Below are positions 17,905-27,065 of a DNA stretch of 34,234 nt, in pieces. Made by a program: the position numbers and the translations under genes. The notes below the pieces were generated by a model. The model worked only from the letters and a program-made list of their open reading frames with translations. It did no database searches and had not been told where the DNA came from. Location: positions 1 through 34,234 of the forward strand of contig JASFLY010000028.1 in assembly GCA_050117845.1 (NCBI GenBank). Direction: 5' to 3'. How positions within the stretch are numbered: the stretch's first letter is position 1; every line of letters starts with the position of its first letter. Source of the stretch: Candidatus Zixiibacteriota bacterium. Lineage in GTDB: Bacteria > RBG-13-66-14 > B26-G2 > WVWN01.

Positions 17905-18978
17905 TCAAGTGCCGGCGCCGCGTTTCTTAAAATACTTCAACCGCAGGCCGTTGAGGCAGAGGGCGAGGAACAGCGCCGCCGCCCCGGTCCCGAATATCCC
18001 CGTATGGTCGCCCCCGCCGCCGGCCGCCGCGGCGGCCTTGGGCGCGAGGCCGAAGCCGTCGTAGAACGCGTTCAACGCGACGCCGCCGGCGACGGCGCAA
18101 ACGAGGATGGTCCCGAGGTAGATTATTATGGAGCGCCGGCCCAGGTATTTGGTGAGGACCGCCAGGCTCGCGGCGTTGGTCGCGGGGCCGGCCAGCAGGA
18201 AGGCCAGGGCCGCGCCGGGGGAAACGCCCTTCGCCACCAGCACCGCGGCGACGGGGGTGGCCGCAGTGGCGCAGACGTATATCGGCGCGCCCAGTACGAC
18301 CATCGCGAGGATTTGCAGTGTCGACGACGGCAATTTCTCCGCCACGAACGCCGGCGGCACGAGGGCCGCCAGGATGCCCGCCGCCAGGAAGCCGATAAGC
18401 AGATAGGGCGCCATGTCCTCGAACATCTCGACGAAGGCGTAACGGAGGCCGGCGACGGCGCGTCCCCGGAAGCCGGCCGGCTTATCGCCGGCGCTTTCGG
18501 CCTCGGCGTTCGCGTTGCAGCCGCAGCCGCCGTTTTCTTCCGGCGTCGGGGCGGCCTCCGGGGCCCGCCGGCCGAAGACGACCTCGGCCAGGCCCGCGGC
18601 TATCGCCGTCACGAAGGCGATGACGGGCCGGGCCAGCGTCATGGGGAGGTCCATCAGCGCGTAGGTGGCGGCGATGGAGTCCGCGCCCGATTCCGGCGTC
18701 GATATGACGAAGGACGATACCGCCCCCTTGCTCGCGCCCTCCCGGCGGAGCGACGCGGCCAGCGGGACGACGCCGCACGAACACAGTGGCAGCGGGACGC
18801 CGATAATAGCGGCCCGGAGGACCGAGCCGACGCTCGACTTCCCCAGGAAACGGACGACCGCGCCGGAGGGCAACAGCGCCCGTACCGCCCCGGCGAGCAG
18901 GAACCCGGCCAGCATGAAAGGCCCCGCTTCCCGTAGCAGCTCCCAGGTCGATAGTAGGATTTTAAGTATCAGGTGCAC
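17905..18978 (-). CDS. SO_0444-like / DUF318 (ArsP-type) metal efflux permease
   Basis: GVPLPLCSCGVVP, STPESGADS, YVCATAATP, LLAGPATN; central Cys-containing loop (GCGC). Confidence 0.85.
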   Translation of the reverse strand: MHLILKILLSTWELLREAGPFMLAGFLLAGAVRALLPSGAVVRFLGKSSVGSVLRAAIIGVPLPLCSCGVVPLAASLRREGASKGAVSSFVISTPESGADSIAATYALMDLPMTLARPVIAFVTAIAAGLAEVVFGRRAPEAAPTPEENGGCGCNANAEAESAGDKPAGFRGRAVAGLRYAFVEMFEDMAPYLLIGFLAAGILAALVPPAFVAEKLPSSTLQILAMVVLGAPIYVCATAATPVAAVLVAKGVSPGAALAFLLAGPATNAASLAVLTKYLGRRSIIIYLGTILVCAVAGGVALNAFYDGFGLAPKAAAAAGGGGDHTGIFGTGAAALFLALCLNGLRLKYFKKRGAGT

Positions 18979-18989
18979 GAGTAAACAGC

Positions 18990-19018
18990 TTATATAATAC
19001 CATATTGGTCATATATAA
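18990..19018. promoter_or_regulatory. Putative ArsR/SmtB-type operator overlapping the permease promoter
   Basis: Inverted repeat TTATATAATACCA-TAT-TGGTCATATATAA (11 of 13 matches), 12 nt upstream of the permease start. Confidence 0.55.
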
Positions 19019-19100
19019 TAAAGGGATAACGCCGTCGGTCGTCGCCGACGGCTTTTCGCACCGGCCTCGGGGCGGGTTCACCGATCCCGTGTTTCCGGTA

Positions 19101-19661
19101 TTAATTGAAATTGATAAGGATGCGCCACGATTCGTGGCGCCCTTTGACGTAGGCCGGATGGCCGTAGGGGATTTCGTCCCAACGCCATTCCGGGAGGAGC
19201 ATAAAGGCCGGGGAGAGCTGGAAAGCCGGCCCGGCGAAATAGGATTTCCCGACGTTCCGTTTGAGGACGACCAGATTGCCGTCCTCGTCGGAGGGGGCGG
19301 CCCACGCCAGGCCTGCCCCGCCCTGGACGTAGAAGGGCCCCCATAACCAAAAATAAGCGCGGAGGTCACCGTACGCGGCGCCGAGGGTATAGCTCGAGCC
19401 GTTGCCCCGGGCCTCGCCCGCGTCGACGCCGACGGCGAAGTCGAAGGCCGCCCGGTCCTCCCGGATGGGCGTGCAGACGAGGCGCAGGCCGAAGACCGGC
19501 CCCCGCATCCGTTCGCCCTCGGTGTCCTGCAGGTAGTATTGGCCGTAACCGTTCACGGCCCACCCGAAGGCGCTGTGGCGGTGCCAGCGGTCGTTTTTGT
19601 CGGCGCCGGCCGCAGCCGGGAGAGCTAGGGCCAGGAGGAGAACTGTCCAATTTTTTAACAC
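19101..19661 (-). CDS. Probable small outer-membrane beta-barrel protein
   Basis: Signal peptide (PAAAGA); alternating amphipathic strands (YGDLRAYFW, FYVQGGAGLAW); aromatic residue near the C-terminus (ILINFN). Confidence 0.6.
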   Translation of the reverse strand: MLKNWTVLLLALALPAAAGADKNDRWHRHSAFGWAVNGYGQYYLQDTEGERMRGPVFGLRLVCTPIREDRAAFDFAVGVDAGEARGNGSSYTLGAAYGDLRAYFWLWGPFYVQGGAGLAWAAPSDEDGNLVVLKRNVGKSYFAGPAFQLSPAFMLLPEWRWDEIPYGHPAYVKGRHESWRILINFN

Positions 19662-19687
19662 CTTATTTTACCTCTTTGTCAAGAGAT

Positions 19688-19716
19688 AGTATAACAGGAA
19701 AGCCGGCCGGAGTCAA
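19688..19716 (-). promoter_or_regulatory. sigma70 promoter
   Basis: TTGACT (19716-19711)-17 bp-TATACT (19693-19688), with TG extension. Confidence 0.7.
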
Positions 19717-19755
19717 ATCGCCGGTTTCGAGGGGGGGGCGAGCGCGGAGCGGGGG

Positions 19756-21741
19756 TTACTCCCGGGCGGCGTTGATGCGGCGTACCGCCGCGAGGGTATA
19801 ATCGGCGCTTTCGACGGTAATCGAGTCGAAGTAGAAGGGGGCTACGGCGTGGATTTGGATTTGGGCGGTAAAGGGTTTTTTGCGGACGAACCGCAGGCGG
19901 TAGGGTTTATACCTTTCCGGCGAGGATAGGTTGATTTTTTTACGGCGTACCAGCGGAGGCGCGCTTTCGTTCGGCGTGTTCAGCGAGGCGACGAGCATGG
20001 CGAAGCCGGGGAGTCCCGGGTCCGCGGGGCGAAGGCGGAAGGTGAGCTTGTAGCGGCCGGGCGGGTATAAATAACCGGCCGTACCGGGGACGAAAACGTG
20101 GTTATCGGCCAGTACGGCCCGGCCGTCGTGGGCGAGGGGATCGTCGACGGCGCTGCCCCCGCGCGGCGTCCATACCTGCCACTCCTCCACGTTGCCGTAC
20201 CAGCGGCGGAATAGCTCGGCCTCGGGGCAGCGCGACGGCGGATTCGAGGAGAAGTACGCGTAATCGCCCGAGCATTCGGCGAGCGACAGGCCCCACCCCT
20301 CCGCTGTTTCGAGGATCCGGGGGAGGTTCCCCAGCGGGTGCAGGCGGCGGTTTACCAGCAAATACTCCGGCCTCACCCGGGCCCCATCCGAAGCGGGGCC
20401 GGAAAGGTAGACGTAGGGCCTATGGGCGAGGTGGGCCAGAAAGGGGTCGTCGGCGCAAATAGGAGCGTCGGGCGGCACCCGGCTCACGGCCCCGGCCAGG
20501 GCTTTCTCGTACGAGCCGGGGAAAGCCTGCGCCAGTCTCGGCTTGTAGTACGGTTCGGCCAGTACGGTTATCAACAATAATTGAAAGGCGACGGCGGCGA
20601 CGCACGCGCCGATTATTAAAGCCCGGCGACGGCGGGTCGGCGCCGGCGTAACGAGGCGCCGTATGGCCAGGGCCGCGGCCCCGAACATAAACGGTACGAC
20701 CGAGAGGCCGTATTGACAACCTATTTTGTAAGCCGGCGCGACGGTCGTTATGGCCGGCACGGCCAGCGGCGTTATAAGGGTTAGGAGGGCGGGTCCCGCG
20801 GCGGGCAGGGCGGCGACCGCCGGCCCGACGAGCGCCCCGATATAGCCGGCTTTCTCGCCCAACAAACGGCCGAGTTCCGGGTCGGCGGCGCCGGCTCGCG
20901 TGTGCTCCAGGTGGCGGACCAGGAATCTGTTTTGAAGCGGCCCGACGTCCGTCGCGTACGTCAGTTTCGGATACAGGACGCAACACCACCCGAGGAAATA
21001 AACGGCGAACACCCCCGCCGCGAGAAAACCCCATCGCCGTCGGCCGGTCGCTATGCCTCCGTAGGCGGCCAACCCGACGGCGTGGAGGGCCAGTTCGTCG
21101 TGCGCCAGGGCCATGAGCAGGGTGAACGCGATACCCAACCGGAACTCGCGCCGCGAGAAAAAGTAGAGCGCGGCCAGCGCCAACGGAACCCCCAGCGCCC
21201 GGGGGTGGAAGTCGAAGAGGTGGGCGCCGTGGAGCGCCGGGGACAGGGCGAAGCCGACCGCGAATACGGCCGCGGGCCATTTCGACCCGGCCGCGGGTCG
21301 GCCTATCGCGTAGACGAGCGGGATGCCCGCGGCGATGAACAGCGATTGCACCGGCAGGAGGTAGGACGGGTCCTTGAATACGTACGTAAGCGGGGCGAGG
21401 GCGGCTATCAACGGCGCGCAATGGTTTACGTACCGTTCGGCCGGTAATAAGGTTTGGCTAAAAAAGGCGCCCCTCCCCGTCGAGAATATCGCGTTCCCGT
21501 AGTACCCGAGGTCCAGCCCCGTCGTGGCCATCCCGAAGTGACGGCCCAGGGCCACGGCCGCGAAAAACACGAAATAAACAACGGCCAGCGTCCAAACGAC
21601 GCCGGCCGGGGAGGGTCGGGGTAAACGGATTTTACCGCGGTATACGACCACGGCCGCCACGGCGACCGCGACGGCGAACGCCGCGGCCGCGAGGACTAGG
21701 ACCGTACCGAGCGGAAGCGGTACTTGTGCCGTATAGTCCAC
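19756..21741 (-). CDS. DUF2079-like membrane protein (predicted GT-C) with C-terminal soluble domain
   Basis: DLGYYGNAI, NHCAP, FDFHP, HDE, QY motifs of the DUF2079 type; C-terminal beta-sandwich-like region. Confidence 0.75.
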   Translation of the reverse strand: MDYTAQVPLPLGTVLVLAAAAFAVAVAVAAVVVYRGKIRLPRPSPAGVVWTLAVVYFVFFAAVALGRHFGMATTGLDLGYYGNAIFSTGRGAFFSQTLLPAERYVNHCAPLIAALAPLTYVFKDPSYLLPVQSLFIAAGIPLVYAIGRPAAGSKWPAAVFAVGFALSPALHGAHLFDFHPRALGVPLALAALYFFSRREFRLGIAFTLLMALAHDELALHAVGLAAYGGIATGRRRWGFLAAGVFAVYFLGWCCVLYPKLTYATDVGPLQNRFLVRHLEHTRAGAADPELGRLLGEKAGYIGALVGPAVAALPAAGPALLTLITPLAVPAITTVAPAYKIGCQYGLSVVPFMFGAAALAIRRLVTPAPTRRRRALIIGACVAAVAFQLLLITVLAEPYYKPRLAQAFPGSYEKALAGAVSRVPPDAPICADDPFLAHLAHRPYVYLSGPASDGARVRPEYLLVNRRLHPLGNLPRILETAEGWGLSLAECSGDYAYFSSNPPSRCPEAELFRRWYGNVEEWQVWTPRGGSAVDDPLAHDGRAVLADNHVFVPGTAGYLYPPGRYKLTFRLRPADPGLPGFAMLVASLNTPNESAPPLVRRKKINLSSPERYKPYRLRFVRKKPFTAQIQIHAVAPFYFDSITVESADYTLAAVRRINAARE

Positions 21742-21763
21742 GTGAAACCCCGCAACACGGAAC

Positions 21764-21926
21764 CGGCGAATAATAGGAAATTATCGCCGTAGTCGTGAGA
21801 GCGTGGGTTTGTCTGCCACTCCCTGACCTACCTGGTGGTCCCGTGGCTGGCTAAACCCCTTTAGCCGAAACCGCGTCTATAAGGAATGGAGTAACGATTC
21901 CTTACGACGGATTGTATGACAAGACC
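21764..21926 (-). ncRNA. Candidate structured RNA or 5' leader, class unassigned
   Basis: Own promoter; several hairpins and long-range complementarities (see findings). Confidence 0.4.
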
Positions 21927-21931
21927 GTCGG

Positions 21932-21960
21932 ATTCTATAATCGCCGGCGCGATTTTGCAA
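21932..21960 (-). promoter_or_regulatory. sigma70 promoter driving the structured leader and the DUF2079 gene
   Basis: TTGCAA (21960-21955)-17 bp-TAGAAT (21937-21932). Confidence 0.65.
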
Positions 21961-22006
21961 TAATTAAATCCGGATAAACGAACCCGCCCGCGGCCTACGT
22001 GAATTC

Positions 22007-22035
22007 TTGACCTAAACCCCGGGCCGTGGTAAATT
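22007..22035 (+). promoter_or_regulatory. sigma70 promoter (divergent)
   Basis: TTGACC-17 bp-TAAATT with TG extension; SD GGGAGGT before ATG 22075. Confidence 0.6.
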
Positions 22036-22074
22036 CAAGTCGCCCGTATCGGGCGTTAACCGCGGGAGGTAAGC

Positions 22075-22986
22075 ATGACCAGGCATTTCCCAAAATTCGC
22101 GGCGGTTCTCATTCTTACGGTAGCGTGCTCTTCGGGCGGCGGTTCGGGCCCGTCGGAGCCGGTTGACACCTGGCGTCCCGTGAAAAGCCCGACGGCCAAC
22201 GACATCCACGCCCTGTGGGCCAACGCCGAAGACGACGTCTGGGCCTGCGGTAAGAACGGGAACATACTCCACTACGACGGCGGCGAGTGGCGACTCGACA
22301 TCACCGAACTCGCGCCCGATTTCTACGACGTGCAGTTCGTGTCTCCCACCGTCGGCTGGGTATGCGGCAAGGACGGATGGGTGGCTCGCCTCGAAAACGG
22401 CGAGTGGACCCGCGTGGCCGGGATACCCCGCACGAACACGCTCTACGCAATGCACGCCCGGAACGAGGAGGGCGCGTGGTTTTGCGGCGCCGGCGGCACG
22501 GTTCTCCATTATCAGAGCGGCGAATGGGTCGACGAGTCCCCCGGCATCAGCGAGGACCTGGCCGGCATTCGCGTCTTCTCGCTCGATAAGGGGTGGCTCG
22601 TGGGCGACGGCGGCCGCATCATGGAGAGGAAGAACGGCACCTGGTCCCGCGTAACCAGCCCGGTGCAGGCCGACTACGAGTGCATGTTCTTCGTGAGCGA
22701 GGACGAGGGGTGGTTCGGCGCCACGGACGGTTTCGCCGTTCACCTCAAGGGCGGCGGCCTCAGCAAAACCCGCCTTCCCAACCCGGAAACGATTACGAGC
22801 CTCTTTTTCAATCAGGAGGGCCGGGGTTACGCCGTCACCAAGGCCGGGAATATCTACTTCTATGCCCCGGCGACCGGCGAATGGCGGCTGTGGGACGGCG
22901 TAAGCCACCAGTTGTACGACATCACGTTCCCGGCGGGCGGACACGGTTGGATCGTCGGGGCCGAGGGCACGATTCTCCGGAATTAA
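22075..22986 (+). CDS. Lipoprotein, YCF48/WD40-like beta-propeller
   Basis: Lipobox LTVA-C; about 7 repeats of (G/A)W..G..G.(I/V)L...G.W. Confidence 0.85.
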   Translation: MTRHFPKFAAVLILTVACSSGGGSGPSEPVDTWRPVKSPTANDIHALWANAEDDVWACGKNGNILHYDGGEWRLDITELAPDFYDVQFVSPTVGWVCGKDGWVARLENGEWTRVAGIPRTNTLYAMHARNEEGAWFCGAGGTVLHYQSGEWVDESPGISEDLAGIRVFSLDKGWLVGDGGRIMERKNGTWSRVTSPVQADYECMFFVSEDEGWFGATDGFAVHLKGGGLSKTRLPNPETITSLFFNQEGRGYAVTKAGNIYFYAPATGEWRLWDGVSHQLYDITFPAGGHGWIVGAEGTILRN

Positions 22987-23055
22987 CGCCGGCCTTCGCT
23001 AACACGCGGCCGCACGGGTAGGGGCCGGGGGCGCCCGGCCTGTTCCAAGCCGTTT

Positions 23056-24393
23056 ATGAGAGGGCGATATTTCAGCATAATCGTACTCTGCGCGACGTCC
23101 ATCCTTTGGGCGTCGTTTATTATTGTCATAGGCCCGTACGACCCGAAAAGCGATCAGGCCGAGTACAGCTCCGCCGGCCGCCGGTTGGCCGAGGGCCACG
23201 GCCTGACGCACCCCGGCGGCACGTTATACGTTCACTCCCATCCTCCGGGGTATGCTTTCTTTTTGGGGATGATATACGCGACGGGCGGCGGCGACTCGGC
23301 CGTCAAGTGGATACAGCTCGCCATGGCGCTCGCCACGCTCGTCCTGGCGGCGTCCATGGCCCGGCGTTTCTTCGGCGACGCTGTCCACCGGGCGGCGCTT
23401 ATAGCGGGCGGCGCCTATCTCCCCACCGCTTTCTACGTCTCGCAACTGCTGTCCGAGATCCTATTTACCTTCCTGCTCGTCGTCGGCGTATATCTCCTCG
23501 TCATCGGGGCGGCGCGGGAACGGGGGGCGTGGCAACACCTGCTCGCCGGGTTGGCGTTCGGCCTGGCCGGCCTGACGCGCGGCGTTGCGCTGGCGGTGGC
23601 CGTCGCGGTCGCCGTCACGATTCTGACGCTGCCGGGCGTACCGCGCCTCCGGCGGTGGGGCCGGGCCGCCGTGTTCGGCGTGGCCGTCGTCGCGACGGTG
23701 GCGCCGTGGAGCCTCTACGTTTACCGGACGACCGGCCGGTTCGTATTGGTGGATACGAAAAGCCCGGAGGTCCTGTACAAGGGGAACAACCCGGGGACGC
23801 CGCTCCATCACGCCTGGGATATCATCGAGGGGCCGGCCAAATGCATGATCCCCGCCTCGACCGTCGGCGTGGCCGACCGCTACGACCGCTCGCGGATTTA
23901 CACCGGCGCCGCCCTGCGGTACATGGCGGACCATCCTTTTCTCACCGTTCTTCGTTTCGGGTCGAAGTTCGCCGATATGTGGGAGGTCGAACGTCTTTTC
24001 ATGGGCGACTATCGCGCCGGCTACTTCCCCAACGCCCCGGAGCCGCTCATAAAGGTCTTCATCTTCGCGGAAATCGCGGCGTCCGCGGCGGCGCTGGCGG
24101 CGTTTTGGATCGCCGTCGCGTTGATGCCGGGGAGTCGCTGGCGCCGTTTGACGCTGGCCGTGGTGTGGTGCAGCGCGGCGGCGTTCGCGATAACGATAGC
24201 GCACCCCCGTTACAATTATCCGCTTATGGTCCTCGGCGCCCCGGCGCTCGGGTACTTCTTCGCCGAGGCCATCCCGGGCATAAGGAAGAGGGCGTACCCG
24301 GCCTGCCGGCTGGTTCCGGCCGGGGCCGCGGCCTTATTCCTGGTCGCCGTCTGGGTACGCATGGTGTGGTTGTATGCGGCGCACGGCAGTTAA
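23056..24393 (+). CDS. ArnT/PMT-like GT-C glycosyltransferase, paralog 1
   Basis: D..EY...G, HSHPPGY, QLLSE, GNNP, HPRY motifs; about 11 TM helices. Confidence 0.8.
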   Translation: MRGRYFSIIVLCATSILWASFIIVIGPYDPKSDQAEYSSAGRRLAEGHGLTHPGGTLYVHSHPPGYAFFLGMIYATGGGDSAVKWIQLAMALATLVLAASMARRFFGDAVHRAALIAGGAYLPTAFYVSQLLSEILFTFLLVVGVYLLVIGAARERGAWQHLLAGLAFGLAGLTRGVALAVAVAVAVTILTLPGVPRLRRWGRAAVFGVAVVATVAPWSLYVYRTTGRFVLVDTKSPEVLYKGNNPGTPLHHAWDIIEGPAKCMIPASTVGVADRYDRSRIYTGAALRYMADHPFLTVLRFGSKFADMWEVERLFMGDYRAGYFPNAPEPLIKVFIFAEIAASAAALAAFWIAVALMPGSRWRRLTLAVVWCSAAAFAITIAHPRYNYPLMVLGAPALGYFFAEAIPGIRKRAYPACRLVPAGAAALFLVAVWVRMVWLYAAHGS

Positions 24394-25708
24394 GGTCACC
24401 GTCCTGCTCCTGTTGGCGCTCGCGGTCCACGCCGCGTTCTTCCTGGCGTTCGGGAAAGGGCCGCTGACGGCGGACGGCTACGAGTACGCGGCGGTGGCGA
24501 AACGTTTCTCCCTGGGCCTCGGCCTTACGTCGGCGGGCGGCAAACTCTACGTCCACAGCCATCCCCCGCTCTACCCGGCCTTCATCGGCCTCGTCTTCCG
24601 AGCCGGCGGGGACCTGGGTTCGGTCCGGCTGATCCAGATGCTCCTCAGCGTGGCGGCGCTCGCGTTGGCGTACGCCGTCGCCCGCGCGGAGCTGGGCCGC
24701 CGGGCGGCCGACTGGACCCTCCTCCTCGGCGCCTTGTACCTGCCGGCGGCATTCTACAGCACGCAAATTCTCTCCGAGGCCGTTTTTGCGTTTCCGCTGG
24801 CGCTGGGCCTGTTGTTGTTGTCGCGGGGGTGGCGGGGAGGCCGCGGCGCCGCGGCCTGGTACGTCGGCGCGGGCCTGGCCTTCGGCCTGGCGGCCCTCGT
24901 GCGGGCGCTCGCGCTCCCCATGGCGGTCGCCGTGGCGGCCTACCTCCTCTTTGCGCGGGACACGGGGCGCGGCCGCCGGTGGGTTCGGGCGGCGGCGGTG
25001 CTGGCGGGTACGGCCGTGGTGATGGCAGGCTGGTCGGGATACGTCTACGCGAAGACCTCCCGCGTCGTCCTCGTCGACACGAGCGGCGCGGCCATCTTCT
25101 ATATCGGCAACAACCCCCGGACGCCCTTCCACCACGCCTGGGACGCGCTCGACGACCCGGCGTGTAGCGAGCCGTTGCGCCGGGCGCTGGACCCGGCGGA
25201 GGACGGCTTCCGCGTCGCGGCGGAGTACCGGCGTGCGGCGCTAGATTACGTATGGGAGAGGCCGCTCGAGACGGCGGCGCGGATGCCCGGGAAGTTCCTG
25301 GACCTCTTTGAGCCGGAGAGGCTCTTCGCGGCCACGGCCCGGAACCGGGGCCTGCCTGCCGGCGTGATGGCCGTCGTGGCGGCGGAGATGGCGGCGGACG
25401 CCGCGCTGTTGCTGCTGTGGGGCGTAGGGTTGGCGTTGATGCCGTCGGGCCGGTTGGCCAACACGTTGCGCGTCCTCGCCGGCGTCACGGTCCTGGCCCA
25501 CGTCGTGACGTACGCGTACCCGCGTTACCACGTGCCGCTTTTGATCGTATCGCTGCCGGCGGCGGCGTACGCCGTGGCGGAGGGGTTGCCGGCGCTGTTC
25601 CGTCGGGAGTTGTCGAAGCGGCGGGTGGCCGCGGCGGCCGCGGTCGCGCTGGTGCTCCTCCTGTCCTGGGGCCGGATGGCCCTGCTGTACGCCCTCGCGG
25701 GGGGCTAA
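24374..25708 (+). CDS. ArnT/PMT-like GT-C glycosyltransferase, paralog 2
   Basis: Same motifs (DGYEY, LYVHSHPPLY, QILSE, GNNPRTPFHHAWD, YPRY); overlaps paralog 1. Confidence 0.8.
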   Translation: MRRTAVKVTVLLLLALAVHAAFFLAFGKGPLTADGYEYAAVAKRFSLGLGLTSAGGKLYVHSHPPLYPAFIGLVFRAGGDLGSVRLIQMLLSVAALALAYAVARAELGRRAADWTLLLGALYLPAAFYSTQILSEAVFAFPLALGLLLLSRGWRGGRGAAAWYVGAGLAFGLAALVRALALPMAVAVAAYLLFARDTGRGRRWVRAAAVLAGTAVVMAGWSGYVYAKTSRVVLVDTSGAAIFYIGNNPRTPFHHAWDALDDPACSEPLRRALDPAEDGFRVAAEYRRAALDYVWERPLETAARMPGKFLDLFEPERLFAATARNRGLPAGVMAVVAAEMAADAALLLLWGVGLALMPSGRLANTLRVLAGVTVLAHVVTYAYPRYHVPLLIVSLPAAAYAVAEGLPALFRRELSKRRVAAAAAVALVLLLSWGRMALLYALAGG

Positions 25709-25737
25709 CCGATTAAATAATAACGCGCCGACCCGTG

Positions 25738-25956
25738 GGGGTGACCGGCGGGGCACCCCTACACACGATTCGCCGGCAGGAATGCCGGCGCTACCAAAAA
25801 ACGTAGGGGCCGACCTTCAGGTCGGCCCACCGTAATCCCTTATTAATAAGAGAATTTTCGTGGTCGCACCTGAAGGTACGACCCTACGGAAAAGATTTTG
25901 GTAGGGGCGACTGGCCAGTCGCCCTTACAATAGGCCGGCAGGAATGCCGGCCCCAC
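25738..25956. repeat. REP-like palindrome cluster 1 (GTAG/GTGG-headed)
   Basis: About six short palindromes in both orientations, e.g. GTAGGGGCCGACCTTCAGGTCGGCCC (25803-25828), GTAGGGGCGACTGGCCAGTCGCCC (25901-25924), revcomp GTAGCGCCGGCATTCCTGCCGGCG (25771-25794). Confidence 0.8.
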
Positions 25957-25964
25957 CAATGAAG

Positions 25965-25988
25965 AACCCGGCCCCAGGGCCGGGTTTT
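25965..25988. terminator. Probable bidirectional terminator between convergent genes
   Basis: AACCCGGCCC-CA-GGGCCGGGTT followed by TT. Confidence 0.7.
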
Positions 25989-26011
25989 ATATTGTATTGA
26001 TATGCGTCGGG

Positions 26012-26494
26012 TTAGTCATCCTTCGGGGGGGCCACGGGCTCGAGGTCGTCCGTATGTACAAAGCCCTTGAGCCGGCTCGCCGTCATGACGCCGTGGTAGT
26101 CAATAAATACGGGGCTGCTGATTACGGCGTACGCTACCAATTCGCCCTTCGCAAGGCGGCCGACGACGGTCCCGGCGGTATCGTCGGTCGGAGGTTGGCT
26201 ATATATCGGGACGTCGTCCCGGACGGCCTTCAGGGCCCAGCCGAGGGTGTCCCATTCCGTAAGTCCGCGGCGGCCGTCCTCGGTCGTTACCAGACAATAG
26301 GTCCGGGCGCTCATGGGCGTGCCCACCGATTCGGCGACCACGGGAGTCCAGTAGGGCAGGCGGGCGATTACGTAATCGTCCTCGTAGTTGTGGTCCTCGT
26401 CGTAGACGACGGCGTCATCCACGACGACGATATGGTCCGGCGCGAAGGCCAGGGCGGCCGGCGCGAGGAGGAGTGCGCACAGTAGAAGTTTCAT
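26012..26494 (-). CDS. Secreted SH3b-like domain protein, paralog A
   Basis: Signal peptide (APAALA); two SH3b-like units (IARLPYWTPV...TEDGRRG; VGRLAKGELV...KGFVH). Confidence 0.7.
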   Translation of the reverse strand: MKLLLCALLLAPAALAFAPDHIVVVDDAVVYDEDHNYEDDYVIARLPYWTPVVAESVGTPMSARTYCLVTTEDGRRGLTEWDTLGWALKAVRDDVPIYSQPPTDDTAGTVVGRLAKGELVAYAVISSPVFIDYHGVMTASRLKGFVHTDDLEPVAPPKDD

Positions 26495-26564
26495 TTTTCC
26501 TTTCCCTTGTCTCGGGTCGCTCCCCTACGGGGGCGGCGTTGGGTATCCGTATTAACGGGGACCT

Positions 26565-27065
26565 TTATTCGTCCGCCTCGGGGACCGGCGGGATCTCGTC
26601 GATTGGAACCAGCGGCTCTACGTCGCTCTTGCGTACCCAGCCCTCCAGCCGCTCGGCCGTTATGATGCCCTCGCACTCGACGGCCCCGGCGCGGAACGCC
26701 ACGACCTCGCCCTTCTCCAGCGTATCGACGACCGCGCCGCCGTCGTCGTGGATGACGGCACGCTCGTAGACGGGGACGTCGTCCCGGACGGCCTTCAGCG
26801 CCCAGCCGACGTGGTCCCATTCCGTCAGGCCCCGGCGGCCGTCCTCGAGCGTCACCAGGCAGTAGGTCCGGGGGCTCTCGGGCGTGCCCACCGGTTCGGC
26901 GACGACGGGCGTCCAGTAGGGCAGGTGGGCGATTATGTAATCGCTCTCGTAGTTGTGATAATCGTCGTATACGACGGCGCCGTCCACGACGACGATATGG
27001 TCCGGCGTGAAGGCCAGCGCGGCCGAGGCCGTTATTATCAATACGACTGCCGCGAAACGAATCAT
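26565..27065 (-). CDS. Secreted SH3b-like domain protein, paralog B
   Basis: N-terminal two thirds near-identical to paralog A; ends TLEKGEVV...LEGWVRKSDVEP. Confidence 0.7.
   Translation of the reverse strand: MIRFAAVVLIITASAALAFTPDHIVVVDGAVVYDDYHNYESDYIIAHLPYWTPVVAEPVGTPESPRTYCLVTLEDGRRGLTEWDHVGWALKAVRDDVPVYERAVIHDDGGAVVDTLEKGEVVAFRAGAVECEGIITAERLEGWVRKSDVEPLVPIDEIPPVPEADE

Noticed and set aside
21746..21900. Cobalamin, c-di-GMP or hammerhead identity for the structured RNA
   Set aside because: Isolated words (CCCCGCAAC, CTGA, GAAAC) occur, but the other required conserved elements and spacing are missing.
26207..27030. DGR template/variable repeat pair in the SH3-like paralogs
   Set aside because: Differences are not adenine-specific (many G/C synonymous changes), both copies are intact genes, and there is no reverse transcriptase.
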